Shown: positions 10,360-21,054 of the stretch, one piece after another
Layout of the letters: each line of letters starts with the position of its first letter
Numbering within the stretch: the first letter of the stretch is position 1
Source of the DNA: Methanothermobacter marburgensis str. Marburg
GTDB taxonomy: Archaea > Methanobacteriota > Methanobacteria > Methanobacteriales > Methanothermobacteraceae
Assembly (NCBI RefSeq): GCF_000145295.1
Contig: NC_014408.1
Location: forward strand, 600,001 to 632,000
Length of the DNA: 32,000 bases
Direction of reading: 5' to 3'
Position numbers and translations under genes: made by a program
Notes under the pieces: model-generated
Told to the model about the DNA's origin: nothing
The model's database searches: none
Seen by the model: the letters and a program-made list of their open reading frames with translations, nothing else

Positions 10360-11172
10360 CTACCCCTGATTTTTCGCTGCTCTCTTAAACGCTGATCTTA
10401 TATTTTCATAGTCCTTCCTGTAGAATGGGCAGCTCTCTATGCAGCGGGTGCATCCATCACTGCAGCCGGTGCATCTATCATCAAGTAGCAGAACTGTGGA
10501 TCCGCAGCACGTCTCAACCTCCACCAGGGCGTCCTGTGGACAGGCCCTTATGCACCTGCCACATCTCCTGCAGTAGAAGGGTATCCATTCATGGTCACTG
10601 GAACCATATGGAAGGTCCGATATTCCTGTGAGGACCGCCGATATCTTCTGGGCCGGGCCTTTCCGGGGGCTTATAAGAAGACCGTTCCTGCCCTTAAACC
10701 CGATACCTGCATTCTGTCCAAGGAGGGGGAGGTCTATGAGACCGCTCAGGGGGTGAATGGCCACGGCACCATATCCGTTAATCCTGAGGTAATCAGCCAC
10801 CCTGAAGGTTAAGTCCGCAAGTTTCTCGTATAGCCTGTCATTCATCTCCCTCGCCTCTCTGCCTGGGGGAGTCAGTACGAGATCGTCGTCCATGTCCACT
10901 GTGAGGACCACGGCATTCCTGTAGGGGGGGTCAGCGGCAAGGATAACATCGGGTGTCAGCCTAGCGTAGCCAATATTACTGATTCCAAGTGAACGTGCAT
11001 ATTCTTCAAGGCGACCTAGGAATTCATCATCTGCCTTTTCTGATGGATCTTCTGGCTCCGGAACCCTGCATTCATCAGGGTACTCCAGAAATCCGCAGTT
11101 ACAGCTGCATTCACATTTTTCGCCATTGACTTCAGCCTTATCTTCACAGCAGCCAGAGTTTTTGTTCTTCAC
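10360..11172 (-). CDS. QueG / reductive-dehalogenase-like Fe-S protein with two 4Fe-4S ferredoxin motifs and a Cys-rich N-terminus
   Basis: The core AGIGFKGRNGLLISPRKGPAQKISAVLT resembles the QueG/RdhA AGLGWxGKxxLLIxPxxG segment. CRRCGRCIRACP and CTGCSDGCTRCIESCP are the cluster motifs. The N-terminus reads CCEDKAEVNGEKCECSCNCG. GTG start at 11172 with GGTGAT 5 nt upstream. Confidence 0.6.
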   Translation of the reverse strand: MKNKNSGCCEDKAEVNGEKCECSCNCGFLEYPDECRVPEPEDPSEKADDEFLGRLEEYARSLGISNIGYARLTPDVILAADPPYRNAVVLTVDMDDDLVLTPPGREAREMNDRLYEKLADLTFRVADYLRINGYGAVAIHPLSGLIDLPLLGQNAGIGFKGRNGLLISPRKGPAQKISAVLTGISDLPYGSSDHEWIPFYCRRCGRCIRACPQDALVEVETCCGSTVLLLDDRCTGCSDGCTRCIESCPFYRKDYENIRSAFKRAAKNQG

Positions 11173-11252
11173 TGTTCATCACCATCCATAGCCATATTCT
11201 TATATTTACATATATGAATATAATGGTTTGTGGGTTCAGGGCATTTCTATCG

Positions 11253-11353
11253 GAAATTTCAGTCGTTCTCTATTTCATTATTTGAATTCTGGGGGAGGGT
11301 TTTTTCTGGGACTTTCCTGAAATTTAATCGCCCTCTATTTCATATTCGAATTC
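11253..11353. repeat. About 65-bp-period tandem duplication of the 3' end (last codons, stop and flank) of the 176-aa gene
   Basis: 11319-11353 (gaaatttaatcgccctctatttcatattcgaattc) against 11253-11289 (gaaatttcagtcgttctctatttcattatttgaattc) gives about 31 matches over 37 aligned columns by hand. On the minus strand the copies read GAA ATA GAG GGC GAT TAA and GAA ATA GAG AAC GAC TGA. Confidence 0.75.
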
Positions 11354-11854
11354 CCAGAATGGGGTTCCCCGGGACTCCCTGCCCTCCAGGTGCTCCATCT
11401 CATGTGAAACACCATAGGCCCCTGATCCTGTGAATTTGAGGGGCTTCCTGAGCCTCTTAAGTTTAATCTTAAAATCAAGGGGATCAAGCACCGCCCTGAG
11501 GATGTAATCACCATCCACCACGACCCGGTAGGGTCTCTTCACAAGTTCCCTCTCGTTTTTTGAGCCGCACTTCTCGAGCCGGTAAACGGTACCCTCCTCC
11601 CTCACCACCCTGGGGTTCAGGAAGAGGTAAACTATCTCCAGGGTCCGCCCTGTCATCTTATCCTCGTCAAAGCGGGTGACCTTCTCCTTCACAGCCATGA
11701 AACGCCCGGAGTTCTTCCTGAGGCTCCAGTCACCACCATACCTGATGGAAAAAAGGAGGGGTATGAATGCATCAGGGGGTATCTGAAGCTCCTCTATAAC
11801 CCTCTTTTCACTGAGGGTGAACTTCAAGAGTTTCCTGATCTCGGAGTCATCCAA
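11324..11854 (-). CDS. Hypothetical 176-aa protein, apparently co-transcribed with cpgS
   Basis: The start lies 15 nt after the cpgS stop, with GGTGG upstream. No family recognised. Confidence 0.6.
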   Translation of the reverse strand: MDDSEIRKLLKFTLSEKRVIEELQIPPDAFIPLLFSIRYGGDWSLRKNSGRFMAVKEKVTRFDEDKMTGRTLEIVYLFLNPRVVREEGTVYRLEKCGSKNERELVKRPYRVVVDGDYILRAVLDPLDFKIKLKRLRKPLKFTGSGAYGVSHEMEHLEGRESRGTPFWEFEYEIEGD

Positions 11855-11869
11855 TATACCACCTGCTCC

Positions 11870-13267
11870 CTATGGGGTCCTTCTAAGGTTGAAGTCAGCT
11901 ATGGCGCTCTCCACCACCCTGATTATGGCGTCATCAAGTTCATCCTGCGAACCGTCCCGCACAATGGGTATGTTGTCGCAGTAGATGACCTCGAGCCCCG
12001 CCTCAAGGGCGTCCTTCGTTGCAACATCAACCGCAGCCGCCTTGAGCTCTGTCAGCATCACATCAGCGTCATCTATGTACCTCTCAATGTCCCGCTGTAG
12101 TAGCGGCCTGTTTGAAAGGTGTGGGGTTGTTCCGACGACCCTGCAGCGGTACTCAGACTCCAGGTATTCAACCAGGATATCCTTCACAGAGTCGGGGGCT
12201 GTGGTTGCAAATAGGACATTCTTTCCGCTGATATCCCCAAGTGGCTTTGGCCTGAAGACCGTGGTCACAACCTCTGCCTCTGGGTTCACGGATTCTATAA
12301 ACTCAACGATCTCCTTAACCTTCTCATCATCTGCCATGGGCTCCTCGCACATTGTGAGTATCACAAGATCCGCCAGCCTTATCCTGAAGGGCCCGAAGAA
12401 GTTCTTTATATTTATGATGGGCTGGTTTGCACCAACAAGGACTATGTGTCTGTCTGACTTCACAGGGGGTATCGCAGCCCCGCTCCCCTCCAGGATTATG
12501 AAGTCGGCGTCAAGGCTGTTGGCTGTCTCAGCACCCCTCTTCATGTTGGTTATGAACACATCCCCCACCATACCGCCACCGCAGCGCCTGCAGCCAACCG
12601 TGAGTATCCGGCTCATGAGGGCGTCCTCCCAGTGGTCAGAGGCTGCATGAACCCCCCTGTCTGACTGTTCCATCAGGAACTCGGGGGTTATTTCTATCCT
12701 GTCACCCCTCACAATCTCTGGCTCCTCAGGGCCGCCTCGACCCATCGCCACAACACAGGGGTTGTATTCACGTTCATGGATCAGTCGGGCCGCATAGGCG
12801 GATACAGCGGTTTTACCTATCCTCTTACCTGTCCCGAGAATCTTGAGGGACGGTTTTTTGAGTATATCATATTCTGTGAGGGGCTGGAACTCAAAGTCAG
12901 GGCCCCTGTAGACTGCACCCTCCTCAAGGACAACCGATGCTATCCTGAACCTCTTTGAGTAGTCCAGGACGGGTTCATCGCTGAGGTCCATAACCGTGTC
13001 TGCACCGTACTTTCTGATGAGTCTGGCTATGAGGTCGTAGGGTATCCTGTGGGGATCATCACCGAAGTAGACGGGTCTTCCCATCATCTCGGTGTACTCC
13101 TCAGGTGATGATGTCCTGAGTTTTTCGGTTCCCCCGATGAAGATCAGTGCCCTGACGTCAATGTGCTCCATTGAGTCAAGGGTCTCAACAGCCGCCCTTG
13201 TCACAGGGAGGTAGTGCTCTCCATCAACAAGACAGATCATACTTTCTGTGGCCTTCATAAAAAACAC
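11870..13267 (-). CDS. cpgS: Cyclic 2,3-diphosphoglycerate synthetase
   Basis: An approximately 460-aa protein with N-terminal [14 protein letters not shown]-loop GTGKRIGKT and a later [11 protein letters not shown] segment, as I remember for cDPG synthetases of thermophilic methanogens. The tracked start is GTG 13267. ATG 13258 or ATG 13240 are alternatives. Confidence 0.75.
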   Translation of the reverse strand: MFFMKATESMICLVDGEHYLPVTRAAVETLDSMEHIDVRALIFIGGTEKLRTSSPEEYTEMMGRPVYFGDDPHRIPYDLIARLIRKYGADTVMDLSDEPVLDYSKRFRIASVVLEEGAVYRGPDFEFQPLTEYDILKKPSLKILGTGKRIGKTAVSAYAARLIHEREYNPCVVAMGRGGPEEPEIVRGDRIEITPEFLMEQSDRGVHAASDHWEDALMSRILTVGCRRCGGGMVGDVFITNMKRGAETANSLDADFIILEGSGAAIPPVKSDRHIVLVGANQPIINIKNFFGPFRIRLADLVILTMCEEPMADDEKVKEIVEFIESVNPEAEVVTTVFRPKPLGDISGKNVLFATTAPDSVKDILVEYLESEYRCRVVGTTPHLSNRPLLQRDIERYIDDADVMLTELKAAAVDVATKDALEAGLEVIYCDNIPIVRDGSQDELDDAIIRVVESAIADFNLRRTP

Positions 13268-13289
13268 CGTTTATGATATAAGTTGAAGG

Positions 13290-13340
13290 GAATATTAAAA
13301 TAGTTGGTTTAGATGGATTAAACGAATATTTAGTTGGTTT
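13290..13340. repeat. Direct repeat GAATATT(N0-4)TAGTTGGTTT x2 (about 30-bp period) in the cpgS promoter region
   Basis: gaatattaaaatagttggttt lies at 13290-13310 and gaatatttagttggttt at 13324-13340. The proximal copy contains the likely TATA (minus strand TTTTAATATT). Confidence 0.6.
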
Positions 13341-13354
13341 CTGGCTGGCACCAT

Positions 13355-13377
13355 ATCTAAATTAGAAAAATTTAGAT
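13355..13377 (-). terminator. Perfect 9-bp stem hairpin with T-rich loop downstream of the 102-aa gene
   Basis: atctaaatt-agaaa-aatttagat. On the minus strand the loop reads TTTCT, and the hairpin starts about 20 nt after the TAG at 13399-13401. Confidence 0.5.
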
Positions 13378-13398
13378 TTTGGAGAATGGATTGATGGT

Positions 13399-13707
13399 CT
13401 ATTTTGCCTCCAGTCTGGCTTCCATCTTCACGACTTCCTTCCTTGACCGCTTTGCAAGTTCTGAGAGGCCATTTACAACGTTTGGTGGGAGGTTGTGTCC
13501 TTCCTTCTTTGCAAGGATCTCGGAGATGGCGCTTGAGAGTACAAAAATAGCGTATTTATGTTCGGCCTTTGTGCGGTGGATGTGGTGGGGGCTGATGTTG
13601 AGGGAGAAGTACTCTTCGCATTCATCCTTTATATCGTATCCATTCTCGAGGTACTTCAGAACATATACCAGAAATTGGTGCAGTTGTATCATTTCGTCCT
13701 TATACAT
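13399..13707 (-). CDS. Small conserved archaeal protein (UPF0058-like)
   Basis: 102-aa ORF with GAGG upstream. The pattern LHQFLVYVLKYL ... PHHIHRTKAEHKYAIF is what I recall for the UPF0058 family. This is a memory-based assignment. Confidence 0.55.
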   Translation of the reverse strand: MYKDEMIQLHQFLVYVLKYLENGYDIKDECEEYFSLNISPHHIHRTKAEHKYAIFVLSSAISEILAKKEGHNLPPNVVNGLSELAKRSRKEVVKMEARLEAK

Positions 13708-14024
13708 GGTTACCAGCCTCAGTCTCCTTATAAGTGTGTATTAAATTTATTATTTAAAAATTTTGGTGGAGGGACAGCCCCTTTATCAAAATTAAAGATA
13801 TAATATGAATTAATGTAAAAATTACAGCAGATCTGCGGATATCCCTGAATATCTTCTCTCATCTTCCCATAGTTAAGTTAAAACTGATAAATAAAGTTTT
13901 ATATTACTGAAACTTTTTAAATTATTAACTATTGGGGATGTGGTGTATCATCTGCAAATTCTTAAAAGTGATGGATCCATAAAACTAACCATTCACCTTA
14001 ACTTTTCCATGGAGGATCATCCTC

Positions 14025-15299
14025 ATGAGGATAATAGAATTTGATCATGAAAGAGTCGATGAGCTTGTTGAGAGAGCGAGGATTGATGTTGATGAGGTCC
14101 TGGGGCCGGTGGCAGATATCATCTCAATGGTGAGAGAGGGTGGTGATGGGGCCCTCAGGGAACTCACAGAGAAATTTGATGGCGTCTCACCTGAAAGCCT
14201 CACTGTCAGTCAGGAAGAAATAGAGGCGGCCCATAAAAACCTGGACCCACAGGTCAGGAAAGCGCTCACTGAAGCTGCAGGGAACATTGAGGAGTTCCAC
14301 AGGCTCCAGATGCCCTCTGAGTGGATGGCCGAGATCAGACCAGGGGTCAGCGCAGGGCAGATAGTGCGGCCCCTTGACAGTGTGGGCTGCTACATACCCG
14401 GTGGAAGGGCCGTTTACCCATCAACAATACTCATGACCGTTATACCGGCCAGGATAGCGGGGGTTGAAAGGATAGTGTGCTGCACACCCCCGGCATCCGA
14501 TGGCTCGGTTCCCGACGCTATCCTTGTGGCGGCCGACATTGCAGGTGCACATGAGATATACCGTGTGGGGGGCGCCCAGGCGGTGGCTGCAATGGCCTAC
14601 GGTACAGAGACGATCGGGGCGGTGGATAAGATTGTGGGACCAGGGAACATATTTGTTACCGCAGCAAAGAAACTGGTATACGGCGACGTGGACATAGACT
14701 TCCCGGCAGGTCCATCAGAGGTACTCATAATTGCGGATGAATCTGCAGACCCGGAGTACATTGCCCTTGAGATACTGGCACAGGCAGAGCACGACCCCCA
14801 GGCTGCAAGTGTCCTTGTGACAGACTCGGAGGATCTTGCAGCCAGTGTGGATGAGAAGGTACGTGAAAATATTAAATACATGGAAAGGGCCAATATCATA
14901 GGGGAGTCCCTTGAAAGATACGGAATGATAGTTTTAACGGAGGATATTGACGGGGCCGTGGACTTCAGCAACGCCTACGCCCCTGAGCACCTTGTTATAA
15001 TGACGGATTCTCCCGAAAAAACACTCAAGGGTATCCGTAACGCAGGATCCATATTTCTGGGTGACCTCTCACCTGTGGCGGCAGGGGATTACGGTTCAGG
15101 GACCAACCACGTGCTGCCGACGTCTGGCTGCGCCAGGATGTACTCTGGACTATCAACGGAGTCGTTCCTCAAGAAACCAACGGTGCAGATGATAACCAGG
15201 GAGGGGCTCCAAAACATCCAGGAAACCGTCCTGCGTCTTGCTGAATACGAGGGCCTCTATGCCCATGCCGAGTCATTCCGTAGGAGACTTGATAGGTGA
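14025..15299 (+). CDS. hisD: Histidinol dehydrogenase
   Basis: 424 aa. Motifs: [57 protein letters not shown] at 14011-14016. Confidence 0.95.
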   Translation: MRIIEFDHERVDELVERARIDVDEVLGPVADIISMVREGGDGALRELTEKFDGVSPESLTVSQEEIEAAHKNLDPQVRKALTEAAGNIEEFHRLQMPSEWMAEIRPGVSAGQIVRPLDSVGCYIPGGRAVYPSTILMTVIPARIAGVERIVCCTPPASDGSVPDAILVAADIAGAHEIYRVGGAQAVAAMAYGTETIGAVDKIVGPGNIFVTAAKKLVYGDVDIDFPAGPSEVLIIADESADPEYIALEILAQAEHDPQAASVLVTDSEDLAASVDEKVRENIKYMERANIIGESLERYGMIVLTEDIDGAVDFSNAYAPEHLVIMTDSPEKTLKGIRNAGSIFLGDLSPVAAGDYGSGTNHVLPTSGCARMYSGLSTESFLKKPTVQMITREGLQNIQETVLRLAEYEGLYAHAESFRRRLDR

Positions 15300-15345
15300 C
15301 CTGAATTTACTCTGATAATTCACTTAGCGACAAGAGGTGATCTGA

Positions 15346-16659
15346 TTGTTACTTGGAGATCTTAGAAGGACTCACTACTCAAAGGACATAAAACCTGAAA
15401 TGGATGGAGAGGAAGTCACTGTCATGGGATGGGTCCATGAGATAAGGGACCTTGGGGGGATAATATTCGTGCTCCTGAGGGACCGTGACGGGCTCATCCA
15501 GATAACGGCACCCAGCAAGAAGATTGAGAAGGACCTCTTCAAATCCATTAGAAAGCTCAAAAAGGAATCCGTTGTGGCATTCGGGGGAAGGGTGCAGGAG
15601 TCAGATAAGGCCCCTGGAGGCTTTGAAATAATACCATCATTCCTGAGGGTTCTGAACCCATCAAAGCAGCCACTGCCACTTGACCCCACAGAGAAGGTGA
15701 AGGCCGAGATAGATACAAGGCTTGATGCCAGGTTCCTTGACCTCAGAAAACCATCAGTGAGTGCAATATTTAAAATAAAGAGCAGGATGCTACACTCAGT
15801 CAGGGTATTCCTTGAAGAGAATGGGTTCCTTGAAATCAACACCCCCAAACTTGTTGCATCTGCAACAGAGGGGGGCACTGAACTCTTCCCCATAACCTAC
15901 TTTGAAAGGGAGGCCTTCCTGGGACAGAGCCCACAGCTCTACAAGCAGATGATGATGTCAACGGGCCTTGACCGTGTCTATGAGATAGCACCTATATTCC
16001 GTGCAGAGGAGCACGACACCCTCAGGCACCTCAACGAGGTCATATCCATCGACATAGAGGCATCCTTCGTTGACCATGAGGATGTCATGAAGATACTTGA
16101 AAGGCTGGTTGTGAGGGTCATAGAGGATGTTAACGAGCACTGCACCGACGCCCTTGAAACCCTTGGCAGGACCCTTGAGGTGCCCGAAACTCCCTTCGAG
16201 AGGCTGGAATACGATGAGGCAGTTGAACTGGTAAACTCCAGGGGAGTCCCAATGAAACACGGCGAGGACCTTCCAAGGGCGGCTGAGAAGGCCCTTGGTG
16301 AGGTCATGGACGGCTACTACTTCATAACCTCATGGCCAACCGCAATAAAGCCATTCTATGTGATGCCAGATGAAAACGATCCTGAAAGAAGCTATGCATT
16401 CGACCTCATGTACAGGGACCTTGAGATATCCTCAGGTGCCATGAGGGTCCACCAGCATGACCTCCTGGTTGAGAAGATAAGTAGGCAGGGATTGAACCCG
16501 GACTCCTTCGAGAGCTACCTTGCAGCCTTTGAGTACGGAATGCCACCCCACGCGGGCTGGGGCCTGGGGGCTGAAAGGTTCAACATGACCCTCACCGGTG
16601 TGAATAACATAAGGGAGACTGTGCTCTTCCCGAGGGACAGGAGGAGACTCACACCTTAG
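15346..16659 (+). CDS. aspS: Aspartyl-tRNA synthetase, archaeal type
   Basis: OB-fold N-terminus [22 protein letters not shown]. Class II motifs [14 protein letters not shown] and [12 protein letters not shown] start at 15346 is supported by GAGGTGA 5 nt upstream. Confidence 0.93.
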   Translation: MLLGDLRRTHYSKDIKPEMDGEEVTVMGWVHEIRDLGGIIFVLLRDRDGLIQITAPSKKIEKDLFKSIRKLKKESVVAFGGRVQESDKAPGGFEIIPSFLRVLNPSKQPLPLDPTEKVKAEIDTRLDARFLDLRKPSVSAIFKIKSRMLHSVRVFLEENGFLEINTPKLVASATEGGTELFPITYFEREAFLGQSPQLYKQMMMSTGLDRVYEIAPIFRAEEHDTLRHLNEVISIDIEASFVDHEDVMKILERLVVRVIEDVNEHCTDALETLGRTLEVPETPFERLEYDEAVELVNSRGVPMKHGEDLPRAAEKALGEVMDGYYFITSWPTAIKPFYVMPDENDPERSYAFDLMYRDLEISSGAMRVHQHDLLVEKISRQGLNPDSFESYLAAFEYGMPPHAGWGLGAERFNMTLTGVNNIRETVLFPRDRRRLTP

Positions 16660-17289
16660 GTGATAACATTGATGGGTGCATCCACAGGCCAGGGCTATGA
16701 GATAGCCAGAAAGAGCAGGGAAATAGTCAGGAAACTGATATCTGAGGACCTGGCCTCTCTCAGGGATGAGGAGGCGGCCATAGTTGAGCGCATAGTTCAT
16801 TCCACCGCTGACCCCGAGTATGCCAGGTTAACAGAGTTCAGCCAGGACTTTGTGGATGCAGCCCTTGATTCACTCAGGAGTTCAGGCGAGATACTCACCG
16901 ACATTGAGATGGTCCGTGCAGGGATATCCAGACCTGCCAGCTGCCACATCAGGGACCCTGAGGTCAGGGAGATCGCAAAAAAGAGGGATATCACCAGGGC
17001 AGCTGCATCAATGGAGTACGCTGCAGAGAGGGGCTTCAGGGGGATTGTGGTTATAGGTAATGCCCCAACAGCCCTCATGAAGGTGATTGAACTTACAGTT
17101 GAAGGCATAATGGATGCAGATGCGGTTATAGGGGTCCCGGTGGGATTTGTAGGGGCTGCAGAATCAAAGGAGGCCCTCAGGAAAACAGATATACCCCACA
17201 TGATAACCAGGGGTCCCAAGGGAGGCACACCTGTCGCAGTGGCAGCTGCAAATGCTCTTATAGCATTATCAGGGGGAGTGGAGGTTTAG
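16660..17289 (+). CDS. cbiC: Cobalt-precorrin-8 / precorrin-8X methylmutase
   Basis: 209 aa. Motifs: HSTADPEY, VIGNAPTAL, GVPVGFVGAAESK. GTG 16660 abuts the aspS stop. ATG 16672 is an alternative start. Confidence 0.88.
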   Translation: MITLMGASTGQGYEIARKSREIVRKLISEDLASLRDEEAAIVERIVHSTADPEYARLTEFSQDFVDAALDSLRSSGEILTDIEMVRAGISRPASCHIRDPEVREIAKKRDITRAAASMEYAAERGFRGIVVIGNAPTALMKVIELTVEGIMDADAVIGVPVGFVGAAESKEALRKTDIPHMITRGPKGGTPVAVAAANALIALSGGVEV

Positions 17290-17342
17290 AGGTTCTCCTG
17301 AGGATAAGTTTGAAGGGTCCTTAGCATCATCGAGGATTAGAA

Positions 17343-18623
17343 ATGTTTAGAGGTTCCATCATGAAGTCGAAAGAACTGTTTGAAAGGGCACAGAGGGTTC
17401 TACCGGGTGGTGTCAGCTCACCTGTGAGGAGGTTTGATCCACACCCCTTCTTTGCGGCGGGGGGTAAGGGGTGCATACTTGAGAGTGTTGATGGTAAGAG
17501 CTACATTGACTACTGCCTGGCTTACGGACCCCTGATACTGGGACACGCACACCCCAGGGTGGTTGAGGCGGTTGAGAGGCAGATAGAGAGGGGCACAACC
17601 TATGGTGTACCATCTGAGGGGGAAATAGAACTTGCAGAGACAATAATAGACAGAGTACCCTGTGCTGAGATGGTAAGGTTCATGAACTCAGGCACAGAGG
17701 CCACCATGGCCGCTGTGAGGCTTGCAAGGGCATACACAGGGAGAGACAAGATTGTCAAATTTGAGGGATCCTACCATGGGGCCCACGATTATGTCCTTGT
17801 AAAACCAGGTTCTGGTGCCGCCGCTGCACCCGATTCACCGGGTATACCTGAGGATACCGTAAAAAATACTCTAACCACGGTCTTCAATGATGAGGAGGCG
17901 ATGGTTGAGCTCATTGATGGGATGGGGGATGAGATAGCATGCATCCTGGTTGAACCTGTGATGGGTAACATCGGGTGCATAGAACCTGAAAACGCCTACC
18001 TGAACTTCCTTAGAGATGTAACTAGGGAGAACGACATTCTACTCATCTTTGATGAGGTCATAACAGGATTCAGGCTGGCAGCAGGTGGCGCCCAGGAGTA
18101 CTACCGTGTGAAGCCTGACCTCGTGACACTTGGAAAGATAGTCGGGGGAGGCTTTCCCATGGGGGCACTGGCAGGCCCACGGCAGATAATGGAGAACATT
18201 GCACCGGCTGGTAGCGTATACCAGGCAGGTACATTCAATGGAAACCCGGTATCTGTAACCGCAGGTCTTGAAACCCTTAAAATACTTGATGATAAAATGT
18301 ATTCCAGTCTTGAGAGGATGGGGTCCCATCTGAGGGCAGGTTTAAGGGATCTCCTCTCGGACATGGACCTTGAGTATCAGGTTGCAGGGCCAGCTTCAAT
18401 GTTCCAGATATATTTCACTGAGGATGAGGTCAGAAACTACGCCGATGCTAAGAAATCAGACACTGAGCTCTTCATGAAGTACTTCCATGGACTGCTGGAG
18501 AGGGGTGTCTTCATACCCCCATCACAGTTTGAGTGCTGTTTCATATCCGCTGCACACGAAATGGATCATATAAACAGTACACTTGAGATTGCAGAGGATG
18601 TGCTCAGCCATTTAAAGAATTAA
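17343..18623 (+). CDS. hemL: Glutamate-1-semialdehyde 2,1-aminomutase
   Basis: Motifs: [26 protein letters not shown], and PLP-lysine context [11 protein letters not shown]. The likely true start is ATG 17361 ([11 protein letters not shown]), with GAGGT 6 nt upstream. Confidence 0.94.
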   Translation: MFRGSIMKSKELFERAQRVLPGGVSSPVRRFDPHPFFAAGGKGCILESVDGKSYIDYCLAYGPLILGHAHPRVVEAVERQIERGTTYGVPSEGEIELAETIIDRVPCAEMVRFMNSGTEATMAAVRLARAYTGRDKIVKFEGSYHGAHDYVLVKPGSGAAAAPDSPGIPEDTVKNTLTTVFNDEEAMVELIDGMGDEIACILVEPVMGNIGCIEPENAYLNFLRDVTRENDILLIFDEVITGFRLAAGGAQEYYRVKPDLVTLGKIVGGGFPMGALAGPRQIMENIAPAGSVYQAGTFNGNPVSVTAGLETLKILDDKMYSSLERMGSHLRAGLRDLLSDMDLEYQVAGPASMFQIYFTEDEVRNYADAKKSDTELFMKYFHGLLERGVFIPPSQFECCFISAAHEMDHINSTLEIAEDVLSHLKN

Positions 18624-18626
18624 TAA

Positions 18627-18639
18627 TTTCTTTATTTTT
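18627..18639 (+). terminator. Oligo-T terminator after hemL
   Basis: tttctttattttt begins 4 nt after the TAA at 18621-18623. Confidence 0.55.
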
Positions 18640-18687
18640 ATGGGCCTTATCTTAATGAACAGTTAGCCGCACTTTACTGGTATTAAT

Positions 18688-19260
18688 TTATGTGAATTTT
18701 ACGGCTATGAAGAAGTAGAGGAAGCATATAACCACAAATACGAGGAGAACCGTGACGGCGGTCCTTAAAAATCTGCTGTTAAGCGTCTTTCCCTCACGTT
18801 CAGCAAGGAACTCCCTCTGTTCACGCACCTGTGATATGAAACTCTCTGCCTCCCCCCTGCCACCGGTTATGAGATTGCTGTCTATTATCTCCTCATCAAG
18901 GAGTTCGTCCACAATCTTTTTCTGTTCCTTCACATCGTCGATTATTCTCTTCTCGGCCACGAATTCCATGAGGGACCATTTGCCGCTTTTTATCTCCCGA
19001 AGTGTTCTCTCCTCATTGTCTATGCTCCTTGAGAGGTTTTCAAGGAGGAATCTTTTCCGGTCACTTTTTTCTGGAATTTCAGGTTTTGGTTCATCCGGTT
19101 CTTCATAGAACTCTTCGAGTGTGCTGTAGTATCCCAGTGAGCCCCCACATTCACAGGAATCAAAATCAGATGGGTCCTCACCAGCTTCCAGCTGGTAGTA
19201 GCCCCCGCATTGTGTACATATAAGGTAGCCCCTGGTTTTTCCCATGTTTTCATCGGACAA
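18688..19260 (-). CDS. Hypothetical tail-anchored membrane protein with N-terminal zinc ribbon
   Basis: CTQCGG-x17-CECGG is a four-Cys ribbon. It is followed by a charged, probably coiled region and one C-terminal hydrophobic helix ([19 protein letters not shown]). The start is either TTG 19260 or ATG 19245. A TATA-like AAAATATATT lies only about 20 nt upstream, which favours a short-leader transcript and the ATG. Confidence 0.55.
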   Translation of the reverse strand: MSDENMGKTRGYLICTQCGGYYQLEAGEDPSDFDSCECGGSLGYYSTLEEFYEEPDEPKPEIPEKSDRKRFLLENLSRSIDNEERTLREIKSGKWSLMEFVAEKRIIDDVKEQKKIVDELLDEEIIDSNLITGGRGEAESFISQVREQREFLAEREGKTLNSRFLRTAVTVLLVFVVICFLYFFIAVKFT

Positions 19261-19358
19261 GGAGATCCCCCAGACAATATATTTTACATTATAGTAGTTA
19301 AGTTTTGTGTTGAATCATTTATCTTTTCATGCACTGAGGTATCCTGTGATGTTTTTTC

Positions 19359-19369
19359 AAAAAAATAAA
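19359..19369 (-). terminator. Oligo-T terminator after the 236-aa gene
   Basis: The minus strand reads TTTATTTTTTT about 10 nt after the stop at 19380. The plus-strand context ttttttcaaaaaaa is palindromic. Confidence 0.5.
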
Positions 19370-19379
19370 TAGTTTTTTA

Positions 19380-20090
19380 TCAGCTGGTCACCCTTTCAAG
19401 TCCTGTGGATATGAGGAACTGTATGAAGGCACCTTCGGGCACAACAACGATGTTTCCCTGCTGATACTGCTGTATCCCTGCGTTTACCATGGCCATGTAC
19501 TTTGAACGGTCCTTTGTGGCATTGAATATTGCCCTCATGAGTGACTGAACCGCAACGCCCCTTGCGGATCCCTGCTGCTGTTCCTCCCTGAGGAATGTTA
19601 TGCTGTTTCCTGAGACATAACCCTGACCCTCCACATATACAGGGCCTATTGCCTGGAGGATGCCGTCCACTGCCTGGGGTGTCACTATCACGACGATATC
19701 TGTTTTCACACCGGTATTGTATTCCACTATCTCCTGCGCAAGTCTGGCACCCTTCTCTGTATCGTTTTCCCAGAGGGCGTCATGCAGGAGCCACCTGTGT
19801 ACTCCCTGCGCCCTCAGTGAAGCCGGGGGTTCTGCTGTTGGATGGGCCATGTTGTGGGGGTAGACAGCCGTTACATTGGTTATGTTACCCTCGTTCATGG
19901 TTATTATGAAGGCCATGTCAACGGCCCCGATACCAGGCCTTGGTTCACTGGGGTCTGCGCATAGAAGCAGCACGTGTTTTTCTCCCACAAAAACGTTCTG
20001 TGAGTTTGTGATGTAGTTTTCATAAGTTACAACTGAAAGACCCAGTATAACTATAAAGAGACCGAGGATTATCTTATTTTTTGTATCCAT
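19380..20090 (-). CDS. N-terminally membrane-anchored extracytoplasmic protein, possibly a distant LytR-CpsA-Psr (LCP)-like fold
   Basis: One N-terminal TM helix (IILGLFIVILGLSVV). By-eye alignment to the LCP layout: HVLLLCAD...AVDMAFIIT against LLLGSD...SDTMMV; IVVIVTPQAVDGILQAIGPVYV against YVTVNFDGFxxLVDAIGGVxV; ITFLREEQ...RG..VQSLMRAI against LAYVRxR...R..RQxxVLxAI. Several catalytic Arg/Asp positions are not conserved. Confidence 0.35.
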   Translation of the reverse strand: MDTKNKIILGLFIVILGLSVVTYENYITNSQNVFVGEKHVLLLCADPSEPRPGIGAVDMAFIITMNEGNITNVTAVYPHNMAHPTAEPPASLRAQGVHRWLLHDALWENDTEKGARLAQEIVEYNTGVKTDIVVIVTPQAVDGILQAIGPVYVEGQGYVSGNSITFLREEQQQGSARGVAVQSLMRAIFNATKDRSKYMAMVNAGIQQYQQGNIVVVPEGAFIQFLISTGLERVTS

Positions 20091-20311
20091 ATTCTTACCT
20101 TCCTTTAGCTGATCTGGGGTTCTGGATCACGTAAGAAGTTAACATTGAAAAGCACTGCTCCACATGATTTACGTTGACCTAAATTTGCCACCATTTATAT
20201 ATACTTTGGTGTTCATGTATCATGCAGAACTGAATATTTAATACTTCTCAACACATATATTAATGTTGCTGTGGGCCAAGAAACATTCCTAAAAAAGGAG
20301 GATGTCACCCC

Positions 20312-21007
20312 ATGAGGATAGTGGCAGGTGCCGGTGAGAACAGGAACATCGAAAGGGCTGCGTCTTCAGTGGAATTTGATGTTGAACTGATTTACTCCGA
20401 GGACGAATTCATAGAAAGGTTAAGAATGGGAAAGGACGCCTATGTGAGGGGTTCCCTCCCATCAGCAAGTATAATGGCGGAACTCAATAATCATGGACCC
20501 CTGATGAGGGCTTCATGGATAGAGACAGGGAAGGGGAGTTTTTTCCTTGCACCCGTCGGGATAGATGAGGGTGAAACAGTCATCGAAAGGCTCAGAATAG
20601 CCACTGCCGCAGGGGACTTCCTCATGAAAACAGGAACCGAGCCATTCATCGGTATAATATCAGGGGGACGGCCAGGTGACCTTGGAAGGTCCCCTGCAGT
20701 GGACAGTTCAATCCGTGATGGTGAACTTCTGGCATCAATGGTAAAGGATAAATATGAAGTGAGGCACTACCATATACTGATAGAGGAGGCCGTAAGGGAT
20801 GGGTGCAACGTTATCATAGCACCCGATGGGATAACAGGTAACCTCATATTCAGATCACTGGTTCTCGTTGGCACGGCCAGAAGCCACGGAGCTGTGGCCC
20901 TTGGATTTAATGGGATTTTTGTTGACACATCTAGGTCACAGACCACTGCGGGTTACCGCAGGGCACTGAGATTCGCCCACTGGCTTGCCACCAGTTGGAG
21001 AGATTAG
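20312..21007 (+). CDS. MtxX / methanogenesis-marker-4-like protein (PlsX/phosphotransacetylase-like fold)
   Basis: 231 aa. [16 protein letters not shown] resembles the PDxxxGN(I/L) segment of the PlsX/Pta superfamily seen in MtxX-type proteins of methanogens. AGGAGGA RBS at 20296-20302. Confidence 0.45.
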   Translation: MRIVAGAGENRNIERAASSVEFDVELIYSEDEFIERLRMGKDAYVRGSLPSASIMAELNNHGPLMRASWIETGKGSFFLAPVGIDEGETVIERLRIATAAGDFLMKTGTEPFIGIISGGRPGDLGRSPAVDSSIRDGELLASMVKDKYEVRHYHILIEEAVRDGCNVIIAPDGITGNLIFRSLVLVGTARSHGAVALGFNGIFVDTSRSQTTAGYRRALRFAHWLATSWRD

Positions 21008-21054
21008 ATCAGCAATTTATAGAATATTAAAAACTCCAGTCAGGTAGATGGGAA

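Noticed and set aside
14012-14024. Palindrome GAGGATCATCCTC covering the hisD SD
   Set aside because: The central loop is a single nucleotide, so it cannot form an RNA hairpin. It has short 6-bp arms and no second copy, so it is probably fortuitous.
13708-14024. 316-bp AT-rich divergent intergenic region as a possible small-RNA or tRNA locus
   Set aside because: I found no cloverleaf-compatible GC-rich stems and no extended conserved-looking structure. There are only short palindromes (e.g. GCAGATCTGC at 13837-13846) and TATA-like blocks, consistent with two divergent promoters.
20091-20311. 25-aa ORF (MIYVDLNLPPFIYTLVFMYHAELNI) in the intergenic region upstream of the MtxX-like gene
   Set aside because: It has no SD, lies in an AT-rich promoter region, and is too short to support without conservation or expression data.
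20989-21052. Possible duplication of the 3' end of the MtxX-like gene (ccagttggagagattag against ccagtcaggtagatggg, offset 45)
   Set aside because: Only about 11 of 17 positions match. This is within chance expectation, so I did not count it among the tandem duplications.
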